Source of the DNA: Candidatus Woesearchaeota archaeon
GTDB lineage: Archaea > Nanobdellota > Nanobdellia > SCGC-AAA011-G17 > PNOQ01
Length of the DNA: 57,675 bases
Assembly: GCA_964474895.1 (NCBI GenBank)
Contig: CAYYUK010000003.1
Coordinates: 1 to 57,675 of the forward strand
Reading direction: 5' to 3'
The notes beneath the pieces are model-generated. The model was not told the origin of the DNA, did no database searches, and saw nothing but the letters and a program-made list of their open reading frames with translations. Of the stretch, positions 9,593-19,611 are shown one piece after another (position 1 is the stretch's first letter; each line of letters opens with the position of its first letter). Both the position numbers and the translations under genes were made by a program.

Positions 9593-10939
9593 ATGTTAAG
9601 AACACATTCTTGTGGAGAACTAAACAAATCCCATGTAGGCAAGAAAGTAGATCTGAGCGGTTGGATAGACACAATAAGAGTTCTAGCAAAATTAGCCTTT
9701 GTAGATTTGAGAGATAAACATGGCATAACTCAAATAATGTTCGAGAAAAAATTCCTAAAAGACTTAAAAAACCTAAAAAGAGAATCAATAATTCATATAG
9801 AAGGAGAAGTAAAAAAGAAGCCAAAGCCAAACAATAAGCTAAAAACTGGCCAAATAGAGGTGCAGGTTACCAAATTAGAGATTCTGAACTACGCAGAAGA
9901 ATTACCACTAGAATTAGACGAATCAATAGAATCAACCGAAGAAACTAGACTAAAGTATAGATATCTGGACCTAAGAAAGCCAAGAATGCAAAAAAACCTA
10001 ATAATTAGGCACAAAGTAATCAAAGCAATTAGAGATTTCCTAGATAAAGAAGATTTCTTAGAAATAGAAACACCAATTTTATCAAAATCTACCCCTGAAG
10101 GAGCAAGAGACTACATAGTACCTAGCAGGAAATTCAAAGGAAGTTTCTATGCATTACCTCAATCACCCCAACTATTCAAACAATTATTAATGATTTCAGG
10201 ATTCGATAAATATTTTCAGATAGCAAAATGTATGAGAGATGAAGATTTAAGAGCAGATAGGCAACCAGAATTCACCCAATTAGACCTAGAAATGAGCTTC
10301 ATAGAAGAAGAAGACATATTTGAATTATTTGAAAAAATGTTAAAATTTGTATGGAAAGAAGTTCTGGGTATAAATCTAAAAATTCCTTTTGAAAGAATAA
10401 CATACAAAGAATCAATTAAAAAATATAAAACGGATAAACCAGACTTGAGAAAAAAAGAAGATCAATTCAAATTCGTATGGGTAACAGATTTTCCACTATT
10501 TGAATGGTCCAAAGAAGAAGGAAGACACGTAGCAGCACACCACCCTTTCACAGGAATCACTAAAAAAGATCTAAACAAAATAGGAAAAACGCAAGACATA
10601 ACTTCAAGATCTTATGATTTAGTCCTAAATGGGTGGGAACTTGGAAGCGGAAGCATAAGAGTAAATGATCAAAAATTACAATCAAAAATCTTCAAAGCAT
10701 TAAAAATCTCAGAAAAAGAAGCTAAACAAAAATTTGGATTTTTCCTAGATGCATTAAAATTTGCTCCGCCACATGGAGGATTTGCAATCGGATTAGATAG
10801 ATTAATTGCAATGGCAGTAGGAGAAGACTCAATAAGAGAAGTAATTGCATTTCCAAAAAATAAAGATGCAAGAGATTTAATGACAGATAGTCCATCAGAA
10901 GTTTACAAAAAACAATTAAAAGAAGTTGGAATAAAATGA
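9593..10939 (+). CDS. aspS: Aspartate--tRNA ligase, bacterial type, lacking the GAD insertion domain
   Basis: MLRTHSCGEL N-terminus, RLKYRYLDLR, STPEGARDY, YALPQSPQLFKQLLM, RDEDLRADRQPEFTQLD, PPHGGFAIGLDRL, REVIAFPK. Confidence 0.97.
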   Translation: MLRTHSCGELNKSHVGKKVDLSGWIDTIRVLAKLAFVDLRDKHGITQIMFEKKFLKDLKNLKRESIIHIEGEVKKKPKPNNKLKTGQIEVQVTKLEILNYAEELPLELDESIESTEETRLKYRYLDLRKPRMQKNLIIRHKVIKAIRDFLDKEDFLEIETPILSKSTPEGARDYIVPSRKFKGSFYALPQSPQLFKQLLMISGFDKYFQIAKCMRDEDLRADRQPEFTQLDLEMSFIEEEDIFELFEKMLKFVWKEVLGINLKIPFERITYKESIKKYKTDKPDLRKKEDQFKFVWVTDFPLFEWSKEEGRHVAAHHPFTGITKKDLNKIGKTQDITSRSYDLVLNGWELGSGSIRVNDQKLQSKIFKALKISEKEAKQKFGFFLDALKFAPPHGGFAIGLDRLIAMAVGEDSIREVIAFPKNKDARDLMTDSPSEVYKKQLKEVGIK

Positions 10940-12210
10940 CATTCATTTCAATAGAAGAAGCAATTAAAAAAAAGAAAGGAAAAATAGCAATCCATGGTTG
11001 GATACATAGAATAAGAAAAATGAAGGATAAAATCTTCATCGTTCTTAGAGATTCTTCAGAAATAATTCAATGCGTAATAAAAGACCCAAACTTAGTAAAA
11101 ACTGCAGATTCATTATTAACAGAAAGTTCTTTAGAAATAGAAGGAAACATATATGCTGATAACAGAGCACCAACAAATTACGAAGTAGAAGTAAAAAAAT
11201 TAAGAGTAGTTGGTATAGCAGAAGACTTCCCAATCGGAAAAGATCAAAACCCAGAATTTCTTCTAGACAACAGACATTTATCAATAAGAAGTAGAAAGTT
11301 GGCGGCTTCATTAAAGATAAGATCAACAATTATGGGTGCACTTCATGAAAAAATAAGAAGTTTAAAATTTATAGAAGCAGAAGCACCAAGTTTTAGTGGA
11401 GAAACAAGCGAAGGAGGATCAGAAACTTTTGAAGTAAACTATTTTGGAAAGAAAGCATTTCTCACACAATCTTGGCAATTATATGCAGAAAATCTAATTT
11501 TCCCATTTGAAAAAGTATATGCTATGGCTCCTTCCTTCAGAGCAGAAAAATCAAAAACAGGAAGACACTTAACAGAATTCTGGCATTTTGAAGTTGAAGC
11601 AGCATGGTCAAACCTAAATGATATAATAAAAATAGCAGAAGAATGTATAATCTATTCAATAAAAAAAGTACTAAAAGATAATAAAAAAGATTTAAAAATT
11701 TTAGGAATAACAGAAGATAGATTAAAAAAAATAAAATCTCCATTCTCAAGAATAACTTATGATCAAGCAATTAAATTTTTACACAAAAAGGGATTTAAAA
11801 CAAAACATGGTGAAGATTTAGGAACAAAAGAAGAAAAAGAGTTAGCAAAACATTATGGTGAATTTGTAGTCGTAACAAATTACCCACTGAAAATATTAAA
11901 ATTCTATCACGGAGAGGATCCCAAAAAACTTGGAACTGGAATGAACTTCAACTTACTAGCTTCAAATGTTGGTGAACTAGTTGACGGATCACAAAGAGAA
12001 CCAGATATTAAGAAAATAAAAGATAGACTAAAAAAAGAAGGTGTAAACCTTGGTAAATCAGATTGGTACCTAGATTCAAGAAGATATGGTTCAGTTCCAC
12101 ACGCAGGATTCGGCTTAGGTACAGAAAGATTTGTTCAATGGTTGTGCAATTTAGATTCAATAAAAGATGCAATACCATTCCCAAGAACTATGAGAAGAAT
12201 TAGTCCTTAA
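10936..12210 (+). CDS. asnS: Asparagine--tRNA ligase, archaeal type
   Basis: FLTQSWQLYAE, SFRAEKSKTGRHLTEFWHFEVE, YGSVPHAGFGLGTER, IPFPR. ATGA overlap with the aspS stop. Confidence 0.93.
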   Translation: MTFISIEEAIKKKKGKIAIHGWIHRIRKMKDKIFIVLRDSSEIIQCVIKDPNLVKTADSLLTESSLEIEGNIYADNRAPTNYEVEVKKLRVVGIAEDFPIGKDQNPEFLLDNRHLSIRSRKLAASLKIRSTIMGALHEKIRSLKFIEAEAPSFSGETSEGGSETFEVNYFGKKAFLTQSWQLYAENLIFPFEKVYAMAPSFRAEKSKTGRHLTEFWHFEVEAAWSNLNDIIKIAEECIIYSIKKVLKDNKKDLKILGITEDRLKKIKSPFSRITYDQAIKFLHKKGFKTKHGEDLGTKEEKELAKHYGEFVVVTNYPLKILKFYHGEDPKKLGTGMNFNLLASNVGELVDGSQREPDIKKIKDRLKKEGVNLGKSDWYLDSRRYGSVPHAGFGLGTERFVQWLCNLDSIKDAIPFPRTMRRISP

Positions 12211-14801
12211 CTCTTTTTTCTATTAACAAGTTTCTTCTCAATCTCTAAAGCTAAAACACCAGCTAAAGCAATCAAAATAATCTTACCCCAATCAATTAAC
12301 CCCAACGAAACCAAACTAAACATTCCAGCAAGAGGAGTATACAACAAAATAAACTGCAGACTAATAGAGCCCAAAACAGCAAAGACCAAAAACTTATTAC
12401 TAAATAATCCCACATCAATAGCACTCTTAACATTTGATCTTGCACTGAATACCAAAAATAATTCAAACATGATCAGAGTCATAAATGCCAAAGTTCTAGC
12501 TTTATCCAAATCCCCACTCAAATAACTAGGGAAAAACATAGCCAAAGTTATGACAGTACCAATTAAACCAGATAAAAACAAGAATCCATAAGAACCATGA
12601 AGAACACCATCTTTCATCTTTCTTGGTTTTCTACTCATTACACCTTTCTCAGCAGGATCAACTCCAAGAGCCAAAGCAGGGATTCCATCAGTAATCAGAT
12701 TAATCCAAAGAATTTGCAAAGGCAACAAAGGCAAGGGAAATCCAGCAAAAATGGCAGTAGCTATAACACCAATCTCAGCCAAGTTAGCAGAAAATAAAAA
12801 TCTAACAAACTTCTTTATATTATCAAATATTGCACGGCCTTCTTTTATAGCCAAAACAATAGAATGAAATCCATCATCAAGCAAGACAATATCAGCAGCC
12901 TCACGACTTACATCAGTTCCAGTTTTGCCCATTGCAACACCAACATTTGCTTTCTTCAAAGCAGGAGCATCATTAATACCATCTCCAGTCATTGAAACAA
13001 TTTCATTATTTGCTTGCAAGGCTTTCAAAACCCTTACTTTATGCTCCGGATTTACTCTCGCAAAAATATCAATTTGCTTTACCAAATGCTTTAGCCTATC
13101 ATCAGATAATTTTTCTAACTCTTCACCAACCATAACTTCAGTACCCAAACCCAACTCCCTAGCAACTGCTTGGGCAGTAGCAGAATTATCACCAGTAATC
13201 ATTACAACTTTTATTCCAGCTTTCTTACAAACATTAATAGCATTTCTCGCTTCTTTCCTTGGGGGATCCCTCATACCCATTAATCCCAAAAAAGTCATAT
13301 CTTTCTTATTTCCATTTTCAGCAAAGGCAAAACCAAGAACTCTCAAAGCATTTTTTGCCATCTTATGATTAGTATCAAGTATCTTTTCCTTCATTTTCGT
13401 AGTCAAATGAACTTTTCTTCCATTAACTAAAATAAAATTACACTTGCCCAAAACAACTTCAGGAGCCCCTTTCAAATGTAGAACTTTCTTATTTCCTTTC
13501 CTATCTAAGGTAATCATATATTTTTTAGAAGAATCAAAAGGAACTTCATCTACTCTTTCATAGCCTTCAAAACTAACGCCTCCTTTCTTAGCAGCAACTT
13601 TCAAAGCCAATTCAGTAGGATCACCAAACAAACCTTTTAATTTAGAATCATTGCACAACCAAGCACACTCCAATAATTTATCAATTCTTTTTGGGTCAAA
13701 ATTTTGGCCAGAAATAGTAAATTTGCCTTCAAGAGAATAACCTTCGCCAGTAACACCAACCATCTTCCCATCAACATAAACATGCGTAACATCCATTACC
13801 CCTGCAGTTAAAGTTCCAGTTTTATCACTGCAAACAACGGTTGTACTGCCTAACGTTTCAATGGCGGACAACTTTCTAACCAATGCCCTACTTTTAACCA
13901 TTCTCTGAGTACCTAACGCCAAGGTAATTGTAACAACGGCGGGTAACCCTTCAGGAATTGCGGCAACAGCCAAACTAACAGCTGTCATGAAATTCTGCAC
14001 TAAATCCAACCCCCTAAAGAGTCCAATAACAAATAACAAAATAACTATGCCCAATACTCCAATACCAACCTTCTTACTAAATGTTGCTAAACTTTTCTGC
14101 AATGGAGTCTCTTCAGCCTTAATCTCAGATAAAGAACTTGCAATTTTTCCAAACTCAGTTTTGCCACCAGTTCCAGTAACAACAGCTAAACCATGCCCAT
14201 AGGTAACAATCGTTCCACCATAAACCATATTTATTCTATCTGCTAATACAGCACCTTCCTTCAAAGCACCAATTTTCTTTTCAACAGGAGAAGATTCACC
14301 TGTCAAAACAGATTCATTAATCTCCATTTTTGAAGAACTCAAAATTCTAGCATCTGCAGCTGCTTTATCGCCAGTTTCCAAAACTAAAATATCTCCGGGA
14401 ACAACTTCATCAGAATTAATTGTCTTGGCAACTCCATTCCTAATAACTTTGGCATGGGGAGCACCCATCTTCTTCAACAATTCCAATGATTTCTCTGCTT
14501 TGTGCTCTTGATAAAATCCAAATAAACTATTCAAAACTACAATAGCAAAAATGACCCACCCATCAACAAACCTCTTTATCAAAAAAGAAACAACAATCGC
14601 AGCTAATAGAATATATACAAGTGGATTTTTGAATTGCCTAATAAATATTGTAAAACTAGAAACCTTTTTCAAATGAACTAAAGAGTTCCTTCCATACTTA
14701 ACCAACCTAGCCTTGGCATCTTTCTCAGATAAACCTTTCTTAGCATCAGTCTCTAAAAACTTAACAACCTGCTCCTCTTTTTTAGAATAAGCATCTTTCA
14801 T
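12207..14801 (-). CDS. Cation-transporting P-type ATPase (type II, Ca2+-like)
   Basis: TGES, IPEGLP, DKTGTLT, KGAPE, MITGDN and GDGINDAPALKKA. Start set at ATG 14801. Confidence 0.95.
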   Translation of the reverse strand: MKDAYSKKEEQVVKFLETDAKKGLSEKDAKARLVKYGRNSLVHLKKVSSFTIFIRQFKNPLVYILLAAIVVSFLIKRFVDGWVIFAIVVLNSLFGFYQEHKAEKSLELLKKMGAPHAKVIRNGVAKTINSDEVVPGDILVLETGDKAAADARILSSSKMEINESVLTGESSPVEKKIGALKEGAVLADRINMVYGGTIVTYGHGLAVVTGTGGKTEFGKIASSLSEIKAEETPLQKSLATFSKKVGIGVLGIVILLFVIGLFRGLDLVQNFMTAVSLAVAAIPEGLPAVVTITLALGTQRMVKSRALVRKLSAIETLGSTTVVCSDKTGTLTAGVMDVTHVYVDGKMVGVTGEGYSLEGKFTISGQNFDPKRIDKLLECAWLCNDSKLKGLFGDPTELALKVAAKKGGVSFEGYERVDEVPFDSSKKYMITLDRKGNKKVLHLKGAPEVVLGKCNFILVNGRKVHLTTKMKEKILDTNHKMAKNALRVLGFAFAENGNKKDMTFLGLMGMRDPPRKEARNAINVCKKAGIKVVMITGDNSATAQAVARELGLGTEVMVGEELEKLSDDRLKHLVKQIDIFARVNPEHKVRVLKALQANNEIVSMTGDGINDAPALKKANVGVAMGKTGTDVSREAADIVLLDDGFHSIVLAIKEGRAIFDNIKKFVRFLFSANLAEIGVIATAIFAGFPLPLLPLQILWINLITDGIPALALGVDPAEKGVMSRKPRKMKDGVLHGSYGFLFLSGLIGTVITLAMFFPSYLSGDLDKARTLAFMTLIMFELFLVFSARSNVKSAIDVGLFSNKFLVFAVLGSISLQFILLYTPLAGMFSLVSLGLIDWGKIILIALAGVLALEIEKKLVNRKKS

Positions 14802-14877
14802 AAAAAAAATCAACAAAACAACTATTTAAAATTACTCATTTAGCAAAATTTAAATACTTAAAAAATAAACAACAATT

Positions 14878-15336
14878 ATGACAAAAGTTATGAATGTAAT
14901 CTTTGGAATTGGTATAGCAATAATTCTTTTCTCATTAACATTGTTAGGTTTTCATGCATTTTACCCCTCACCAGAATATGACGACTTCTGTGAAAGAGGA
15001 CAAGAAATATTAAGACTAGAACAAAACATAACAGAAGAAGAAATAGCAGAACAAGAAGAATGCAGGGATAAATTTGACGATGCAAGAGACAATTGGTCAA
15101 GAAACATATTCATAATAGCAATCATAACTGGAACAGTCGTAGTATCAGCAAGTTTGGCCCTTCTATCTATGATTAGCATAAGCGCAGGAACTGCAATGGC
15201 AGGTATAGGCACAATAATCTACGGATTTATAGTTGGATTTAATGGAACGAGCGATATTCTAAGATTCATAATCGGAGTAATAGTTACAGCAATAATAATA
15301 ACATATGCAGTAATAATACACAAAAAAGCCAAATAA
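14878..15336 (+). CDS. Hypothetical membrane protein, about 4 TM helices, 152 aa
   Basis: N-terminal TM, Cys-flanked soluble loop (FCERG...EECRDK), then three C-terminal hydrophobic segments. Confidence 0.7.
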   Translation: MTKVMNVIFGIGIAIILFSLTLLGFHAFYPSPEYDDFCERGQEILRLEQNITEEEIAEQEECRDKFDDARDNWSRNIFIIAIITGTVVVSASLALLSMISISAGTAMAGIGTIIYGFIVGFNGTSDILRFIIGVIVTAIIITYAVIIHKKAK

Positions 15337-15381
15337 TTCTAAATTGCTAACCTTTTTAAAACTAAAATCTTCACTATCTTT

Positions 15382-15453
15382 GGCCCTATAGTTTAGTGGA
15401 TAGAATATCGGCCTTCGGAGCTGATGACCTGGGTTCGAATCCCGGTAGGGCCA
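15382..15453 (+). tRNA. tRNA-Arg (anticodon TCG)
   Basis: Acceptor GGCCCTA/TAGGGCC; anticodon arm TCGGC-CT TCG GA-GCTGA; T loop TTCGAAT; no intron and no encoded CCA. Confidence 0.95.
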
Positions 15454-15501
15454 TAATTCTGAATCAACAAACTTAAATACAACAAAATTAATTTTCAAAT
15501 T

Positions 15502-16386
15502 ATGAGGGTAAACCATTACTTCTACGCAGGTCTAGATTTCATGTTTGACAAAAAGGGAAATCCTTGGTTCATAGAAGCGAATTTCTGGCCAGGATCAAAT
15601 ACATTCTACAATGTAATGAAAAATCATTCAGTAATAAATACCCTGACAAAACTTATGAAAAAAAACGGTGGAAACATAGCAATAATCAATTCAAAAAAAG
15701 ATAAAAAAGAAGAGACAGATAACGGAACGTGGCACTACCATACCTTCAAAAAGAAAATACCTAATCTAAGATTATGTAATGTTGAAGACAATAAAAATAG
15801 CAGATCACATTTAACAGATGTTAATGGAGAAACATTCAAACCAGACACAATTTTCAGATATAAATATCCCTTACACCCTTCATTTGATAAAAACGCTTTA
15901 GTAATAAATCCAACTAATGTAGAACATGCAGTAACAGACAAAATAAAATGTTTGCACATAGCAAAAAAAGCAGGAATAAAATTTCCATTTACTGTAATAG
16001 TAAAAAATAAAACGGACGTAAAAAGAACTATAAAAAACAATCCAGATGTCTTTAAGTCTGGCTACGTTATAAAACCAATAGCTAAATGGGAAGGAATTGG
16101 TGTTCACGTTCTAAAGAAAGGAGAAAAAATACCAAAAATAACAGAAAAGGAACTTCTAGAACAACGAATAGTGCCAAGGTTACACCATAAATGCTTCTGG
16201 GATGCAAGAATCCTTGTAGTAAATGGAAAGTTTTGTGGAGGATTCATCAGAGAGGACAAAAGGAAAGTAACAAACATATCTCGCGGAGGACACGCTGAAA
16301 TAATACCAAAGAATACTTTAAAAAAATTAAAAGCCCCTTCTCTAAAAATAGTAAAAGCAATAGACAACTATGTGAAAGAAAAATAA
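15502..16386 (+). CDS. Circularly permuted RimK/LysX-family ATP-grasp ligase, 294 aa
   Basis: Internal order NIAII / DTIFR / INP...DKIK...AGIKFPFT / VIKP..WEGIGV / DARILVV / TNISRGG matches RimK. The normally C-terminal GxD...ExN..PG motif (YAGLDFMFDKKGNPWFIEANFWPG) is at the N-terminus. Confidence 0.85.
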   Translation: MRVNHYFYAGLDFMFDKKGNPWFIEANFWPGSNTFYNVMKNHSVINTLTKLMKKNGGNIAIINSKKDKKEETDNGTWHYHTFKKKIPNLRLCNVEDNKNSRSHLTDVNGETFKPDTIFRYKYPLHPSFDKNALVINPTNVEHAVTDKIKCLHIAKKAGIKFPFTVIVKNKTDVKRTIKNNPDVFKSGYVIKPIAKWEGIGVHVLKKGEKIPKITEKELLEQRIVPRLHHKCFWDARILVVNGKFCGGFIREDKRKVTNISRGGHAEIIPKNTLKKLKAPSLKIVKAIDNYVKEK

Positions 16387-16481
16387 AAAATTTAAGTTTC
16401 TTAGAGTGATTACATACTACACTGACTTGAAATGCTTTCTTAGGAAGATTTAAAAACCAAAAATAAGTCAAATTAAAGTAC

Positions 16482-16565
16482 GCGGGAGTGCCGGAGCGGT
16501 CAAACGGGATAGGCTCAAGACCTATTAGCTTAGTGCTTACGCAGGTTCGAACCCTGTCTCCCGCA
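16482..16565 (+). tRNA. tRNA-Leu (anticodon CAA)
   Basis: Acceptor GCGGGAG/CTCCCGC, A73; arm ATAGG-CT CAA GA-CCTAT; long variable arm; own promoter GGAAGATTTAAAAA about 30 nt upstream. Confidence 0.95.
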
Positions 16566-16625
16566 TATAAATTAATAATTCTTTAAGAATAAACCAGAAT
16601 CAAAACACTTAAGAACACTAAATTC

Positions 16626-16673
16626 TAGCCCTAGACTATTAAAGAATGCCGAATTCTTAACAATCTAGGACTA
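16626..16673 (-). other. 48-nt imperfect hairpin (21-bp stem, 5-nt loop)
   Basis: Minus strand TAGTCCTAGATTGTTAAGAAT-TCGGC-ATTCTTTAATAGTCTAGGGCTA pairs fully with three G.U pairs and one bulged U. Confidence 0.55.
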
Positions 16674-16721
16674 ATAAATAAACAATTTACTTGATTTAAA
16701 AAAGTATCGGAGAAATAAAAA

Positions 16722-18509
16722 ATGAAAAAATATGTAACGGATACGTCCGTAATAATAGAAAAAATAGCTTCAACGCTAATAAAAAAGAAAGAACTAAGTG
16801 GAACCATCATAATTCCCAATGCTGTTGTGGCAGAATTAGAAGCTCAGGCAAATAGAAGAAAAGAAATTGGATTCTTGGGACTTGACGAACTAAAAGAGCT
16901 ACAAAAGTTAAAGAAATCAAAAAAAGTAGAGATAACTTTCCAAGGTGAAAGACCAACCGTAGATCAAATAAGATTTGCAAAAGCTGGAGAAATTGACGCT
17001 TTAATAAGAGATATAGCCTACAAAGAAAGGGCAACTTTAATTACCGCAGATAGAGTTCAGGCAGAATCTGCAAAAGCTTATGGTTTAGAAGTTAAATTCA
17101 TAGAACTAAAAACACCCGTAGAAAAAGCACAGATAGAAAAATTCTTTGACGTTAAAACAATGTCAGTTCACCTAAAAGAAGATTCCATTCCAGTTGGTAA
17201 AAAGGGAGAACCTGGAAATTGGGACTTGGTAAAACTAGGAAAGAAAAAGATTTCAAGAAAAAGAATGGAAGAATTGGCAAAAGATATTGTAGAAAAAGCA
17301 AAAATGGATCCAAAATCTTTCATAGAAATTTCTAGACCTGGTTCCAGTGTAATACAATATAAAAATTACAGAATTGTTATTGTAAGAACTCCAGTAGCAG
17401 ACGGATTAGAAATCACTGCAATAAGACCAATAAAGAAACTTTCATTAGAAGATTATAAAGTACCAAAAGAAATCTTAGAAAGAATAAAAACAAAAGCAAG
17501 AGGGATTTTAATAGCCGGTGAAACGGGCTCAGGTAAATCCACTTTTGCACAAGGAATTGCAGAATTCTATAACAAGGAAGGAAAGATAACAAAAACAGTA
17601 GAATCCCCTAGAGATTTGCAGTTAAAAGAAGATATAACACAATACTCTAAAAGTTTCACATCTTCAGAAGAAATCCATGACATACTTTTCCTATCAAGAC
17701 CAGATAATATAATTTTTGATGAAGTTAGAGACACTCCAGATTTTAAATTATTCACAGACTTGAGACTGGGCGGATCAAATTGTTTAGGAGTAATTCATTC
17801 TGCATCTGCAATTGATTCTGTACAAAGATTTATTGGAAGATTAGATACCGGTATGATTCCATCAGTAATTGATACGATTATATTTATGGACTCTGGGAAG
17901 ATTGCATCAGTACTAACATTACAAATAACAGTAAAAGTTCCATCTGGAATGACTGAATCAGACTTGGCAAGACCAGTTATAGAAGTATATGATTTCATTG
18001 AAAACAAACCATCATATGAAATTTACTCTTATGGGGAACAAACTGTTGTTATTCCAGTATCTACTGAAAAATCTCCAACAATAGAACTTGCAGAAAAACA
18101 GCTAATGAGAGAAATAAGAAAATATTCAAACAAAGCACGAATAGAATTAATCTCTCAAACAAGAGCAAATCTTTATGTACCCAAAAGAGACATACCTGCA
18201 ATAATTGGAACCGCTGGAAAAAGAATTGATCAAATAGAAAAAAGTCTTGGAATAAAACTTTCAGTAAAAGAACTTGAAGAAAAAAAAGAGACAACAAAAT
18301 ACAATACTTCTGAAACAAAGAAGTATCTTATATTTGAGTTCTCAAAACATCAAGCAAACCAAAATGCAGAATTTGAATTAGAAGACAGTTTCCTATTCGC
18401 TGCAATAATTTCAAACAAAGGACAGATCAAAGTTCACAAACATTCAGAGATTGGAAGAAAACTTTTGGATGCTCTAGACACAAACAAGAAATTAGAAATC
18501 AAGACATAG
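16722..18509 (+). CDS. PIN-domain P-loop ATPase with KH domain (PINA / MJ1533 family)
   Basis: N-terminal PIN (YVTDTSVII, EAQAN, GEIDALIR), Walker A GETGSGKST, TVESPRDLQ, PDNIIFDEVR, GVIHSAS, and KH-like IIGTAGKRI. Confidence 0.93.
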   Translation: MKKYVTDTSVIIEKIASTLIKKKELSGTIIIPNAVVAELEAQANRRKEIGFLGLDELKELQKLKKSKKVEITFQGERPTVDQIRFAKAGEIDALIRDIAYKERATLITADRVQAESAKAYGLEVKFIELKTPVEKAQIEKFFDVKTMSVHLKEDSIPVGKKGEPGNWDLVKLGKKKISRKRMEELAKDIVEKAKMDPKSFIEISRPGSSVIQYKNYRIVIVRTPVADGLEITAIRPIKKLSLEDYKVPKEILERIKTKARGILIAGETGSGKSTFAQGIAEFYNKEGKITKTVESPRDLQLKEDITQYSKSFTSSEEIHDILFLSRPDNIIFDEVRDTPDFKLFTDLRLGGSNCLGVIHSASAIDSVQRFIGRLDTGMIPSVIDTIIFMDSGKIASVLTLQITVKVPSGMTESDLARPVIEVYDFIENKPSYEIYSYGEQTVVIPVSTEKSPTIELAEKQLMREIRKYSNKARIELISQTRANLYVPKRDIPAIIGTAGKRIDQIEKSLGIKLSVKELEEKKETTKYNTSETKKYLIFEFSKHQANQNAEFELEDSFLFAAIISNKGQIKVHKHSEIGRKLLDALDTNKKLEIKT

Positions 18510-18894
18510 CTTCAACAATAGCTTCAACATCTTCACCAAGAGATCTAGAATAAGAAACGACAAACAAGTCAGATTCATGTCCCTTTAAGCTATATCCATC
18601 AGAAATTTCAACACCAAGAGAAGATTTGGTTATAATTTGATAATTCACATCATACCCCTCTTTATTCTCGACTAACAAAACATAACAATAATTATTCACA
18701 GTTTCTTCACAATCATTATACGTCTCTTCACTCCACTTCACATTGAAATCCAACACCTTCGGACTAAAATCAATACTATCCATACTACCTTTAGTTAAAG
18801 TACTACTCCAAGAAAAAAAAGTAATAAATAACATAAAAGAAAAACCTATCAAGATCACACTAATTATCAGTGGAGATACTCCTCTTTTTTCCAT
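18499..18894 (-). CDS. Archaeal type IV pilin-like protein
   Basis: Class III signal peptide MEKRG/VSPLIISVILIGFSFMLF. Confidence 0.85.
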   Translation of the reverse strand: MEKRGVSPLIISVILIGFSFMLFITFFSWSSTLTKGSMDSIDFSPKVLDFNVKWSEETYNDCEETVNNYCYVLLVENKEGYDVNYQIITKSSLGVEISDGYSLKGHESDLFVVSYSRSLGEDVEAIVEAMS

Positions 18895-18935
18895 AAGAAC
18901 AAAATAAATTAAAGATTTAAAAAGTTATCTACAAG

Positions 18936-19496
18936 TCACAAAAGAGTGAAACCATAACAGGTACATCCTTGACATTTGGATCCGGACTCGCTAGCCCAAA
19001 TACCCCTTCCAGTATCATACCAAACCGTATTTTGATTTGGCACAGATTGATCACATTCTACATCACCATGGTGGAATCCCAACTCTTTACAATAATTATC
19101 ACACTGATTATATTTTATACCTTGTCCAGAAAAACCAAAACTATTAACTTCTGGATAAAAAATTCTCACACCATTTGGATAAATATCACAATCCAAGGCA
19201 CTCCCACGCGTAAGAATCCCAATTTCATTTAAGCTCTCTAAAAACACAGGTACATTCATTGGAGGACATGTATGTGGTGAATTAGGAACTGGATCCCCAC
19301 CACCCTCACCAACATCATCATAACAAACATCAGAAGGATCTGCAACCCTCGCTTCAGTACAAATAGTCTCCCAATTTTCAATCTCACTTAAGGAATGTCC
19401 TGGATTGGGCACAGTAGCCAAAACAACTAGACTTCCAACTAAAACTAGGAACAAACAAAAATATCCCAAATGCTTCTTTTCAATATTTATCTGCAA
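18936..19496 (-). CDS. Cys-rich exported protein, 186 aa
   Basis: TTG start 4 nt after GGTGA; hydrophobic N-terminus; PNPGHSLSEI motif; C-terminal CDNYCKELG...CQGCTC. Confidence 0.7.
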   Translation of the reverse strand: MQINIEKKHLGYFCLFLVLVGSLVVLATVPNPGHSLSEIENWETICTEARVADPSDVCYDDVGEGGGDPVPNSPHTCPPMNVPVFLESLNEIGILTRGSALDCDIYPNGVRIFYPEVNSFGFSGQGIKYNQCDNYCKELGFHHGDVECDQSVPNQNTVWYDTGRGIWASESGSKCQGCTCYGFTLL

Positions 19497-19611
19497 TCTA
19501 TCACCAGTTATCCCACAATATCAAACCACAGATATTTAAAGATTTCTAAAAAAATAGCAAACTATAAATAATAGACAATTTAGTATATAAACAGAAAAAT
19601 ACGGGGGGAAA

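Noticed and set aside
6986-16386. TldD plus ATP-grasp as a RiPP/peptide maturation cluster
   Set aside because: They are 7 kb apart, separated by housekeeping genes, with no precursor peptide identified.
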